Shown piece by piece: positions 40,738 through 49,594 of a DNA stretch of 64,000 nucleotides. Source of the DNA: Candidatus Nomurabacteria bacterium (GTDB lineage Bacteria; Patescibacteriota; Minisyncoccia; Phycocordibacterales; UBA9973); assembly GCA_029288805.1 (NCBI GenBank), contig JARIGO010000022.1:30754-94753 (forward strand), in the 5' to 3' direction. The translations under genes and the position numbers were made by a program. Each line of letters begins with the position of its first letter. Position 1 is the stretch's first letter. The notes beneath the pieces were generated by a model, which was given only the letters and a program-made list of their open reading frames with translations, was not told the DNA's origin and did not search any database.

Positions 40738-42006
40738 CTATATAGGAAGATTTGATGGAGGCTGCGCCTTAGTTGCCTCAATACGCACAAAGCTTGAAGT
40801 CTCTGCTACTCGACCCGGTAGGTGGAACAATGTTGCCAACTCTTCGGTTGAAAGAATGTATGCCTTGCCTCCGTTGATTTCAGGATAGGTAGTGTATGTC
40901 TTTGGATTTTTAAGATCAAACCCTCCATAGAAAAATGCGCGCGCCTTGTATGCTCCCAACAAGTCTTTCTTCTTTTTGATAATCTTGCTGCCAGTCAGAT
41001 CCTGCCATGGGAAATCAAATGCGGTAGCACCGTCAGGCTTGAAACCGTTATAGTCAGAAGCCCCGTACTGACGCACCATGCCAGTCACTCCTGCAATGCG
41101 ATTGGCATCAAACTTGTCTTTCTGAGTGATATATATAGTACGAATACCCGCATCAAAACCGATCTTGCTTGCATTGCGCTCAATGGCTTCAATGACCATT
41201 TGTTCACCCTTCGTGGCACGACGCGTTGCAATGGTTTTTCCCTCTTTGTCTTTTTCCGTCAGGCTGGCATTAAAATCTCTGATGACCTGCTTAACCTTGT
41301 CGGTCCACGCCTTGTTTGACTCTTCTTCACCCTTGCTGTTCTTAACAGTAAACCGATTGGTGGCTCCACGTACCAAAATTTGAAACCAGATCTGTTCTCC
41401 CACGCCAATGGAGCCCATGAATTCTAGCATCGGCGTAATAGGATCGATACGCTGCTCTTCATCCAATGAGCCGACGGCGCGATCAAGTCCGTATTCAATA
41501 TATGTCTTGATCGGATACACTTCCTCTTTGTTGGTAAGCGCAAAGTTACAACCCCACAACTGGATGGGACCATCCTTGGTAAAGTCCGGCACTGACTCGG
41601 TGTAATCCTCGACTTCTGTCACCTCTGCTTGTGGATACTGGGCGTAAACTTGTGATTGGATAATGCTCTTGAACTTTACTGACGTACGAATATAAAAATG
41701 AATGGATCCTTCAATGGAAACGATTTCAAGCGAGAACCAGTTGCGCACCGCTCCGCCCCAGTATTTTTGCAGCCAGTTGCCGTGTCCTCCTGTTTGGTAC
41801 AAGGAGTTCAGCACAAGTTCCATAGCCAATGGTGATTTGAAAACTTCCTTTGGCGGCTTAACTTCAAGCAGAGTCCACTTTATGGAACGTAAAAAAAGCG
41901 TCTGAATGTAACTCATCCAGAGATGCCACGCCAAGTATGAAAGAAGGGGTATGGCAATGATCAGCTCGATACATTGAACAATGAACGAGGAGCTCGGGTT
42001 TTGCAT
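40738..42006 (-). CDS. Membrane-anchored hypothetical protein of a type typical of CPR genomes
   Basis: N-terminal TM helix; FSLEIVS, YAQYP.AE..EV.DY and LSTEELATLFHLP motifs. Confidence 0.75.
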   Translation of the reverse strand: MQNPSSSFIVQCIELIIAIPLLSYLAWHLWMSYIQTLFLRSIKWTLLEVKPPKEVFKSPLAMELVLNSLYQTGGHGNWLQKYWGGAVRNWFSLEIVSIEGSIHFYIRTSVKFKSIIQSQVYAQYPQAEVTEVEDYTESVPDFTKDGPIQLWGCNFALTNKEEVYPIKTYIEYGLDRAVGSLDEEQRIDPITPMLEFMGSIGVGEQIWFQILVRGATNRFTVKNSKGEEESNKAWTDKVKQVIRDFNASLTEKDKEGKTIATRRATKGEQMVIEAIERNASKIGFDAGIRTIYITQKDKFDANRIAGVTGMVRQYGASDYNGFKPDGATAFDFPWQDLTGSKIIKKKKDLLGAYKARAFFYGGFDLKNPKTYTTYPEINGGKAYILSTEELATLFHLPGRVAETSSFVRIEATKAQPPSNLPI

Positions 42007-42029
42007 GCTACTAGTATAGCATTGAGTAT

Positions 42030-42587
42030 TTAAAAAGTGGTACCACTTCCACCGGAAACAGTTGTTTGATTGGTGATAACCGTAGTGTTACCGGGCAAAA
42101 GCTGAAGTTGAATGCGAGCACTGAGGGACGTACCGTTTGTCGCGGCAGGACTGCTAATCACGAGGTACGCAGTGGTGCTGTGCGCCACGCCCTGAAGCGG
42201 AATGACAGAAGAAAATGTGTCATCGCCAAAGAAACTCTTGTTGATTGGAATAGTGGTGTAGGCAGATAGCACTGAACCTGTGCTGTCTACAACGTATGCA
42301 TTGAGTGCATCAGGCACGGCACTGACGTTAAGACATTGTGCAACATATCCGTTGACCGTAACGGCATTTGAAATCTGCTCTTTTTTTGTTGGAAGGCTCA
42401 CGATAAGACCGCAGCCAGGGTTGGCAGTAACAACCTTTGTTGTTTTGGTAGCGGAACCTTTTGCAGGACCGATGACGGAACCAAGTGGAGTGTTAGTAAT
42501 GGTTGTTATTAATCCAATAGCCAAGACAATGGCCAAGATTATTTCAAGTGCTCCCCATCCGCCTCCTCCAGCTGGTGCATCCGCCAT
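42030..42587 (-). CDS. Single-TM protein with an exported Ig-like domain
   Basis: N-terminal TM helix, one Cys pair, beta-rich sequence. Confidence 0.65.
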   Translation of the reverse strand: MADAPAGGGGWGALEIILAIVLAIGLITTITNTPLGSVIGPAKGSATKTTKVVTANPGCGLIVSLPTKKEQISNAVTVNGYVAQCLNVSAVPDALNAYVVDSTGSVLSAYTTIPINKSFFGDDTFSSVIPLQGVAHSTTAYLVISSPAATNGTSLSARIQLQLLPGNTTVITNQTTVSGGSGTTF

Positions 42588-42590
42588 ATA

Positions 42591-43625
42591 TTATTTCTTT
42601 GCAACCGTATAGGTGCCGTTATCGAGCTTGGTAAAGTATTTTGCGTTCTGAAGATTTACAAGAATTGTATTCTTCTTGAGGAAACGTTCCTTAAGTACGC
42701 GATCAACAACTTCTTCCTTTGTCATTGGGCCTTCCTTAACCAAAATTTCCTTGATGACGTCACGAACCACACCTGGTTTGTAACCCCATTCAGCCAAGGC
42801 ATAGTAGCCGCGACCAACAAGCACGAAGCGAGGGTCTTTGATCAATTCATTGTGAGTAGTTGCAATGTGAGTCTTGCGACCGAATGTATCAACGATAGCC
42901 TTTGCCACTTCACGGAAGTGCATTGGAGAGCCATGCTTACGCATCATGAGGAATGCATAGTCCTTGATACCGCGAGTCTTGATATTTTGTGACTGAGCAG
43001 GACCCCATTCGCCCAGGGGGTTAACGCCGATCTTCTTTGAGATATTCAACCAACGACGAGCAATTTCCTCGTTTTTGTACTGAGCAGCTACGCCTTTCAA
43101 TTCATCAAGAAAACGAGTTACGAGGTCATCCTGACTGAGCAATTCCTTGTCATCAAGACTCTTGTATACGCGATGAAGGGCACTGTGAATAACTTCTGAC
43201 AATTCCTCATCAACAGTCCAGCGAGTTTGGAAGTGGTCGTCTTCCTTGAGCTTTTTGAACTCGTCACCGAGTACCATATAAAAACGAATGTGGTTTTGCA
43301 CTGACTTATCCTTAGACACATAAGAAAGGAAGTCGTCTTCATGGACCATGGCGCCCATAGCTTCTACCAAGCCTTTGAGTTCAGTAAATACCTTGTGTTC
43401 AGCCTTAAACGCATCGCTTTTGCGAATGGCAGCAAGAGCCGCGTTTTCGATTTGACGAACGCGTTCACGAGTAATGCCATATTTCTTTCCGATTGCCTCA
43501 AGCGTCTTTGAATCCGCATTGTCTTCAAGACCATAGCGGTTGACGATGATGTCATGCGCGCGGTCCTGCAAATTTGAGAGCAGGCGCTTGCTGACTTGTT
43601 TAGGTTTAAAACTGATAGTTGCCAT
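42591..43625 (-). CDS. Sigma70 region-4 HTH fused to C-terminal winged helices (HARE-HTH/delta-like)
   Basis: RYGL...TLEAIGKKYGITRERVRQIE; PMHFREVA...HNELIKDPRFVLVGRGYYAL.EW. Confidence 0.8.
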   Translation of the reverse strand: MATISFKPKQVSKRLLSNLQDRAHDIIVNRYGLEDNADSKTLEAIGKKYGITRERVRQIENAALAAIRKSDAFKAEHKVFTELKGLVEAMGAMVHEDDFLSYVSKDKSVQNHIRFYMVLGDEFKKLKEDDHFQTRWTVDEELSEVIHSALHRVYKSLDDKELLSQDDLVTRFLDELKGVAAQYKNEEIARRWLNISKKIGVNPLGEWGPAQSQNIKTRGIKDYAFLMMRKHGSPMHFREVAKAIVDTFGRKTHIATTHNELIKDPRFVLVGRGYYALAEWGYKPGVVRDVIKEILVKEGPMTKEEVVDRVLKERFLKKNTILVNLQNAKYFTKLDNGTYTVAKK

Positions 43626-43714
43626 GTGTCTTTATTGTTATTTTTATATAATTATCTCTATACTTTATCATGGATATAAAAAAAGTCAAACTCTTGTCAA
43701 GTATCGCTTTGGGA

Positions 43715-44767
43715 CTAGAACAGCCGTCTAATGTCCCCTATTGTCAGAATTACCATTAACAATAAAAGCAGTAAAAATCCAATAGCGTGAATGATATTAA
43801 CGGTATTCTTGGAAAACTTCCTGCGGGTGATAGCTTCCAGCAACACTACTACCAACCGTCCGCCATCGAGGGCCGGAAATGGCATAATGTTGATAACTGC
43901 CAAGTTTACGGATATCGCAGCCGTAAATGCCAACAGGTAGGTGAATCCAATGCTTGCGGCACTACCCACTTCCTGAGCCAAACCAACCGGTCCGACCAGA
44001 CTGCTTGCTGCGCTATTGTGATGGAAGATACCCGCAAAGAGACTTGCGAGCGTAGTGAATATTTCCCCACTTGTTGTATAGGTTTCGCTTACGGCAGTCT
44101 TGAATGATTGCCATAGAGACAGCCGTTGCTGCACTACTGGCTCAATAGCGAGACCGATAATACGGGTAATCTTGTTTCCGGTTGGGGTAATGGAAGTAGT
44201 GTGAAGTGAACCAAGGTGCTTGTACTGCACTGTCACCGGTCCTGCATTCTTAACGATTGCCTCATGAAGCGCCTCAGTTGTGATATCAGAAGTCAGTGTA
44301 GTGGCACCGACTGATACGCTACTAATAGTGTCTCCTACTGCCAAGCCACTTTTTGCAGATGGTGAATTAGCAACGACACTCACTACTGTCGCCGTACCAT
44401 GATCGCTGGCTACTGGCATGCCGATGGCATATGCGGCGGTAAACAAGACGATGGCAAGCAAAATATTGCAGATCACTCCCGCTACGAGTACTGCGCTTTT
44501 GAGATACCATGGTTTTGATTCAAACTGCTTTTCTACCGGAGCGGTCTGTTCCAAACCATCTTCACCGGCTATTTTTACAAAGCCGCCGATGGGCAACGCA
44601 TTGATAGAGTATGTTGTCTCCCCTTTCTTCCATGAAAAAATGCGCGGAGGAATACCGAAACCAAATTCATCAACGATCATGCCGCTCTTGCGGGCAATGA
44701 AAAAGTGACCCCATTCGTGTACGAGTACGGTTACCAACAGCACCAAGATGAAAATGAGTATGGTCAT
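43715..44767 (-). CDS. rseP: Site-2 (M50) intramembrane metalloprotease, RseP-like
   Basis: HEWGH, a PDZ-like region and NIMPFPALDGG. Confidence 0.9.
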   Translation of the reverse strand: MTILIFILVLLVTVLVHEWGHFFIARKSGMIVDEFGFGIPPRIFSWKKGETTYSINALPIGGFVKIAGEDGLEQTAPVEKQFESKPWYLKSAVLVAGVICNILLAIVLFTAAYAIGMPVASDHGTATVVSVVANSPSAKSGLAVGDTISSVSVGATTLTSDITTEALHEAIVKNAGPVTVQYKHLGSLHTTSITPTGNKITRIIGLAIEPVVQQRLSLWQSFKTAVSETYTTSGEIFTTLASLFAGIFHHNSAASSLVGPVGLAQEVGSAASIGFTYLLAFTAAISVNLAVINIMPFPALDGGRLVVVLLEAITRRKFSKNTVNIIHAIGFLLLLLLMVILTIGDIRRLF

Positions 44768-44770
44768 ATA

Positions 44771-45307
44771 TTAGCTTAAAATTTCAGCTTCCTTCTTTTT
44801 GAATAGTGATTCGAGATCATTGTTGCCTGTATCAGTAATTGCCTGTGCGTCATCCTTGGCATTGCGAGTCACGTCTTCCGGTAGCTTTTGATCCTTAACA
44901 GCGTTGAGAAAGTTTTCACGAGCCTTGCGAATAGTAATACGAGCGTCTTCAAGACGTTCCTTGGCGATCTTGGCAAGCTTTTGGCGAGTCTCACTGGTAA
45001 GTGCAGGAATAATGACACGGATACCGCTATCATCCACTGCGATAGAAAAACCAAGATCAGACGTATGCAATGCGCGCTCGATATCCTTGATCTGTCCCTT
45101 GTCCCATGGCACTACGCGAAGGGTCTTTGGATCCTCAATGGTAGTAGACGCCACGTTCTTTAACGGCTGCAATGAACCATATGCTTCAACCATGACACCA
45201 TCAAGCAATGCCGGTGCGGCACGTCCTGTATGAATCTGTGAATATTCTTTTGCAAGCCATTCCTGTGCTTGCTTAACTTCTTGTTTGAAAGGATTTAAAT
45301 CGTACAT
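44771..45307 (-). CDS. frr: Ribosome recycling factor
   Basis: HTGRA.P.LLD, V.PWDK and PALT.E.R motifs. Confidence 0.94.
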   Translation of the reverse strand: MYDLNPFKQEVKQAQEWLAKEYSQIHTGRAAPALLDGVMVEAYGSLQPLKNVASTTIEDPKTLRVVPWDKGQIKDIERALHTSDLGFSIAVDDSGIRVIIPALTSETRQKLAKIAKERLEDARITIRKARENFLNAVKDQKLPEDVTRNAKDDAQAITDTGNNDLESLFKKKEAEILS

Positions 45308-45359
45308 AGGATTGCAGTATAACACATGAGAGCTGCTGAGCAGCTCTCATCGTTTTTTT

Positions 45360-45989
45360 TTACAAGACCATACTGGCTGCGTATTCCAGTACGTACTTTG
45401 TTGGAAGATTGCCGGCAAAGAGCATACCCTTGGCTTTGTAGATGATATCCGCTTTCTGGGGCGTCTTACGCACGTAGGCTTCGAGCATGTCGAGCATTTC
45501 TACGGCTTTGGCACGACGCGTTGCAGCATCGTCTTCAGCATCACTGGCAAATTCTTCCTTGATCTGTGCTAGCAGCCCCTCTCTACTCAGGGGTCGAACC
45601 CCCAAGTCAGGAGATCCGACCTCCTGAGTGGCGGTGTGCAAAAGCATGACGCGAGAACGAATAGTGATCGGTACGAGATATGGATACGGCGTCATTAAAA
45701 CAATAGTCGTATCCAGATCTGGTTCTTCGAGTGCTTTCAAAATAATCTGTGCGGCATCCGGAGAAAAGACGGAAAAGAAAATAATGTACAAACGATCAGT
45801 GCCAGTGCCTTCATTGACGAACTCTACCAATGCTCGAGCATGATCTGTCGTAAATCGTGGTACTGACAACGCGCTCGTGAACGGATTCTGAATCATGGCA
45901 GTCGCCAAAAAACTATCAAAGTCCTTTTCGCTGCTTTGTATGAGAAATGTTTTTTGCGGAGCGAGTATTGCAACGTCATCAATAGTCAT
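45360..45989 (-). CDS. holB: Degenerate DNA polymerase III delta' (HolB-like)
   Basis: AAQIILKALEEP and TIRSR motifs; carries a REP-derived in-frame segment. Confidence 0.7.
   Translation of the reverse strand: MTIDDVAILAPQKTFLIQSSEKDFDSFLATAMIQNPFTSALSVPRFTTDHARALVEFVNEGTGTDRLYIIFFSVFSPDAAQIILKALEEPDLDTTIVLMTPYPYLVPITIRSRVMLLHTATQEVGSPDLGVRPLSREGLLAQIKEEFASDAEDDAATRRAKAVEMLDMLEAYVRKTPQKADIIYKAKGMLFAGNLPTKYVLEYAASMVL
45585..45629. repeat. Double REP-like hairpin inside the holB-like CDS (copy 3)
   Basis: GGGG-TCGAA-CCCC followed by TCAGGAGATCCGACCTCCTGA (one mismatch to copy 2). Confidence 0.8.
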
Positions 45990-46001
45990 ATCACTATTGT
46001 A

Positions 46002-47021
46002 CTACCGCTTTGCAAGAATGGAACGCTTATAGTCATCAAGGTGTCCAAGCAAGATACCAGTACCTTTCGCAACGCAGTACAGAGGATCATCAGACAGGCG
46101 AACCTTTACGCCGGTTTGCTCCTGAATGAGTTCAGCCAAATTTTTCAATGAAGACGTTCCTCCGGTCATAACGATACCGTAGTCGATAATATCTGATGCA
46201 AGCTCAGGTGGAGTATTTTCCAATACAGTCTTGATAGCCTTGATAATAATTTCCAATTCATACTGAATGGCCTTTACCAATTCATTGGTAGTGATAGTAA
46301 GCGTTTTTGGGAGACCGGTAACAATATCTCGTCCTTTGACCTCTCCGCTAACGTCGGGGCTAACAGGCAATGCGGAACACAATGTCTTCTTTACTTCTTC
46401 TGCTGTTTGGTCACCAATAGCGACATTGTACGTATGACGAATGTAGTCGATGATGGCTTGGTCAAACTTATTACCAGCGCATTTCACTGATGTTGAAGCG
46501 ATGATACCGCCAAGTGAAATTACGGCCACGTCAGTAGTACCTCCACCAATATCGATGACCATGCATCCGCGAGGTTCATTAATAGCAATACCTGCACCAA
46601 GCGCTGCAAGGATTGGTTCCTTTACAATGATGGCAGTACGCGCGCCAGCTTTCATGGTTGCCTCAATGACAGCGCGACGCTCTGTGGAAGTGATGCCAAC
46701 AGGTACAGACACAAGTACATCAGGCTTGAAGAGCGATGTTCGACCCAAGGCTTTGTTGATGAAGTGATGCAGCATGGCATACGTCACGGTGTAGTTGGCG
46801 ATGGCGCCATCCTGCATAGGGCGGTGTACAGAAACAGAGTCAGGATTCTTCCCCAACATGTCCTTGGCATCGTTACCGATAGCCTCAATAGTGCGAGTGG
46901 TACGGTTCACGGCCACCACGGTCGGCTCATTGAGCACAATGCCCTCACCTGCCATAAATACCAAGGTATTGGCAGTACCCAGGTCGATACCAAGCTTCTT
47001 TTTTCCAGGAAGTTTCCACAT
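46002..47021 (-). CDS. mreB: Rod shape-determining protein MreB
   Basis: GIDLGTANT, EPTVVA, DIGGGTT and TPPELASDI motifs. Confidence 0.96.
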   Translation of the reverse strand: MWKLPGKKKLGIDLGTANTLVFMAGEGIVLNEPTVVAVNRTTRTIEAIGNDAKDMLGKNPDSVSVHRPMQDGAIANYTVTYAMLHHFINKALGRTSLFKPDVLVSVPVGITSTERRAVIEATMKAGARTAIIVKEPILAALGAGIAINEPRGCMVIDIGGGTTDVAVISLGGIIASTSVKCAGNKFDQAIIDYIRHTYNVAIGDQTAEEVKKTLCSALPVSPDVSGEVKGRDIVTGLPKTLTITTNELVKAIQYELEIIIKAIKTVLENTPPELASDIIDYGIVMTGGTSSLKNLAELIQEQTGVKVRLSDDPLYCVAKGTGILLGHLDDYKRSILAKR

Positions 47022-47048
47022 ATGAATGACTATAGTATAGTGGCGTTA
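47022..47048. promoter_or_regulatory. 27-bp bidirectional leaderless promoter (mreB/priA)
   Basis: TATAGT lies 7 nt before the ATG on each strand. Confidence 0.65.
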
Positions 47049-48926
47049 ATGTTTATTGCAACAGTCATTCCTATCAGCAAAGGCATTCCTTTTGACACTC
47101 TGAGTTATTTCAGCGGTGAGCAGCTTGCTGTCGGTACCATTGTGTCTGTGCCATTTGGCAAGCAAAAGATCAATGCCATCGTTGCAGAGTGCCAAAATCT
47201 GTCCGAAGCCAAGACTGCCGTCAAGCAAGCCTCCTTTTCCATGAAAAAAATTTCCGCGACGGTCGGTCACGTGCCACTGCTTGGGGCCGTCATCGACGGT
47301 TTGCAGGACACTGCAGCCCGAACACTGACCCCGCTCGGCGCCATTGCGGGAGCTGTCATGCCGCAAAGTCTTTTTGAATACGTTACGCCCGAAAAAATAG
47401 TAACCGCGTCAGACGCGGCTTCTCTTGAAAGTGAAAAGCAGAAGTTTACCGAGACAAGTGTTGCCGGAACTATCGATACTCGTGCTGACTACTACAAGCG
47501 ATTGATTCGCACGAGCTTTGCCGCAAAGAAAAGCATTCTCTTTATTGCGCCAACCATTAAAAACTTGGAACAATGGAAGACAACATTACAAAAAGGCATC
47601 CCGAAGCATGTAGTCAGCGTGCATAGCAAGACTACAAAAAAGGAATTGCGCAGCGCGTTTGCATTGATTAAGCAAAGTGACCGGCCGTTGATCATTTTTG
47701 CAACACCAGGATTCAGCGTCCTGCCTCGACATGATATTGGCTCCATCATAGTGGAAGACGAGAGCAGCAGTCTCTTCAAAACCAGCGACCGTTTCAAAAC
47801 TGATCTTCGCATTTTCTTGGGAGCATTTGCCAAGGCTGCAGAAATGCAGCTGTACTGGGGAGACACCATTCCTCGCTTCGAGACATTGGAGCGTACCAAG
47901 AACACGCACATGCCTCGCACCTTTATTCCTGACAAGCTGACCGTCGTGCCAGTAGAGCCATACCGCACCGTACTGCCAACAGAAGTGGTAGAGATCATTC
48001 GCCATGCTGAAAAGAAAAAGAAACGCCTCTATATATATGCCAACAGAAAAGGCGTGGCGCCACTGTCTCGCTGTAGCGATTGCGGCACCATCGTGACCTG
48101 TGAAGTCTGCGGCTTGCCGATGGTATTGAGAAATAGACGAAATGCTGAAGGGCAAGAGGAACGGTACTTCGTGTGCTCGCACTGTACTGCCACCTTACCA
48201 GCGACACACACCTGTAGTTATTGCGGCAGTTGGAATATCACGCCGATATCAATCGGTACGGAAAGCATCCGAGATGCTGTTGCCGCATTGGTAGGAACAG
48301 ACGTCATTACCACTATCGACGATGACCTGACACCAGACGGCACGACCATCGCTTCACTACTCGCGCAAAGTGAAAAGCAAAAGTTCACCATCATCATTGG
48401 CACTATCAAGGTATTGCCATTTCTCAAAAATATTAACTACTGTCTCTTTCCGTTTTTTGACCGACTGCTTTCTACACCATCACTCTATACGACAGAAAAT
48501 ACACTTCGCTTAGTAATGGAGTGCAATGAAAAAGCCGAAGACGGCGTGCTGCTCTTCACACGTCAGGCAGACTTTCCATTGATCAAGCAGTTGGAAACGC
48601 AAAAGCTCAACGCCATCATTCATGATGAACTGCAACTGCGCGAAGAAATCGGCTATCCACCGTACGGCAGCATCATAAAAATCAGCCTGACTATTCCTGA
48701 GGGATACAGACTCGCTGTCATAGAAAAAGTGCAACGCTTTGTAGAAAATATGGAAGCGACAATGATGCCACCACGCCGCATCAGCGCCGGCAGCATGAAA
48801 GTCCTCCTGACCTGGATTATCAAAACTACGGCCAACTACATAGAAGAGGAAGGTCCAACTCTCGGCGCATTTCTTTCCACCCTGCACTTCCCTTACCTAA
48901 TCGAAGAAAACCCTGAAAGACTATAA
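47049..48926 (+). CDS. priA: Primosomal protein PriA-like, with degenerate helicase motifs
   Basis: VPFG N-domain, NRKG, four CxxC pairs and R...GYPPY; no GSGKT or DEEH. Confidence 0.85.
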   Translation: MFIATVIPISKGIPFDTLSYFSGEQLAVGTIVSVPFGKQKINAIVAECQNLSEAKTAVKQASFSMKKISATVGHVPLLGAVIDGLQDTAARTLTPLGAIAGAVMPQSLFEYVTPEKIVTASDAASLESEKQKFTETSVAGTIDTRADYYKRLIRTSFAAKKSILFIAPTIKNLEQWKTTLQKGIPKHVVSVHSKTTKKELRSAFALIKQSDRPLIIFATPGFSVLPRHDIGSIIVEDESSSLFKTSDRFKTDLRIFLGAFAKAAEMQLYWGDTIPRFETLERTKNTHMPRTFIPDKLTVVPVEPYRTVLPTEVVEIIRHAEKKKKRLYIYANRKGVAPLSRCSDCGTIVTCEVCGLPMVLRNRRNAEGQEERYFVCSHCTATLPATHTCSYCGSWNITPISIGTESIRDAVAALVGTDVITTIDDDLTPDGTTIASLLAQSEKQKFTIIIGTIKVLPFLKNINYCLFPFFDRLLSTPSLYTTENTLRLVMECNEKAEDGVLLFTRQADFPLIKQLETQKLNAIIHDELQLREEIGYPPYGSIIKISLTIPEGYRLAVIEKVQRFVENMEATMMPPRRISAGSMKVLLTWIIKTTANYIEEEGPTLGAFLSTLHFPYLIEENPERL

Positions 48927-48965
48927 GTATTGCGCAATATAAGAGCGCGTGTTATTATCTGACCC

Positions 48966-49190
48966 ATGTCAATGACCAATGTAGAAATCAAGAGAAACGG
49001 GACCGAAAACGCTTTGGGTGTTATTCGTCGTTTTACTCGCAAGATGCAGGAATCACAAATCATTCCTAAAGTGAAAGGCCAGCGCTATGCAGTTCGCCCA
49101 ATCTCAAAGCTTGCGGAAAAGAACATGAAAGTAAAGCGCCTTGCACGACGCGTAGAAGTTGAAAAACTCAAAAAGCTCGGCAAAATGTAA
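48966..49190 (+). CDS. rpsU: 30S ribosomal protein S21
   Basis: E.....IRRFTRK pattern; basic 74-aa protein. Confidence 0.8.
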   Translation: MSMTNVEIKRNGTENALGVIRRFTRKMQESQIIPKVKGQRYAVRPISKLAEKNMKVKRLARRVEVEKLKKLGKM

Positions 49191-49192
49191 TT

Positions 49193-49576
49193 ATGATACT
49201 CGATACTGACACAATGACAGTATCCACCAAGGGCACGCTTCCACGCGTGCCTTTTTTGGCGATTAAGGAAAAGATCCTGGGAAAGAAATATGAGCTCTCC
49301 ATTCGCTTCGTTGCTCCCGCTGAAGCGCAAGCGCTCAATCAAGCGCATCGCGGTAAGGATTATATTCCCAACACATTGTCATTCCCTCTTTCAGAGACAA
49401 GCGGAGAAATCATTCTTTGTCGTTCTGCCATGCGTCGCGAGTACAAGTCATTCGACATGGATTACGATACGTATCTCATTTTTATTGTCATCCACAGCAT
49501 GCTGCATTTGAAAGGATACGAACACGGTAGTACAATGGAACGTAAGGAGCGAGATTTACTCGCGCTTTTCACTTAA
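49193..49576 (+). CDS. ybeY: rRNA maturation endoribonuclease YbeY
   Basis: LN..HRGKDY.PNTLSF and HSMLHLKGYEH motifs. Confidence 0.92.
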   Translation: MILDTDTMTVSTKGTLPRVPFLAIKEKILGKKYELSIRFVAPAEAQALNQAHRGKDYIPNTLSFPLSETSGEIILCRSAMRREYKSFDMDYDTYLIFIVIHSMLHLKGYEHGSTMERKERDLLALFT

Positions 49577-49594
49577 AACATTTTTACAGAAAAG

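Noticed and set aside
46764-47048. 720-aa PriA with an N-terminal extension
   Set aside because: The extension is antisense to mreB; the ATG at 47049 has a matching -10 box and a PriA-like start.
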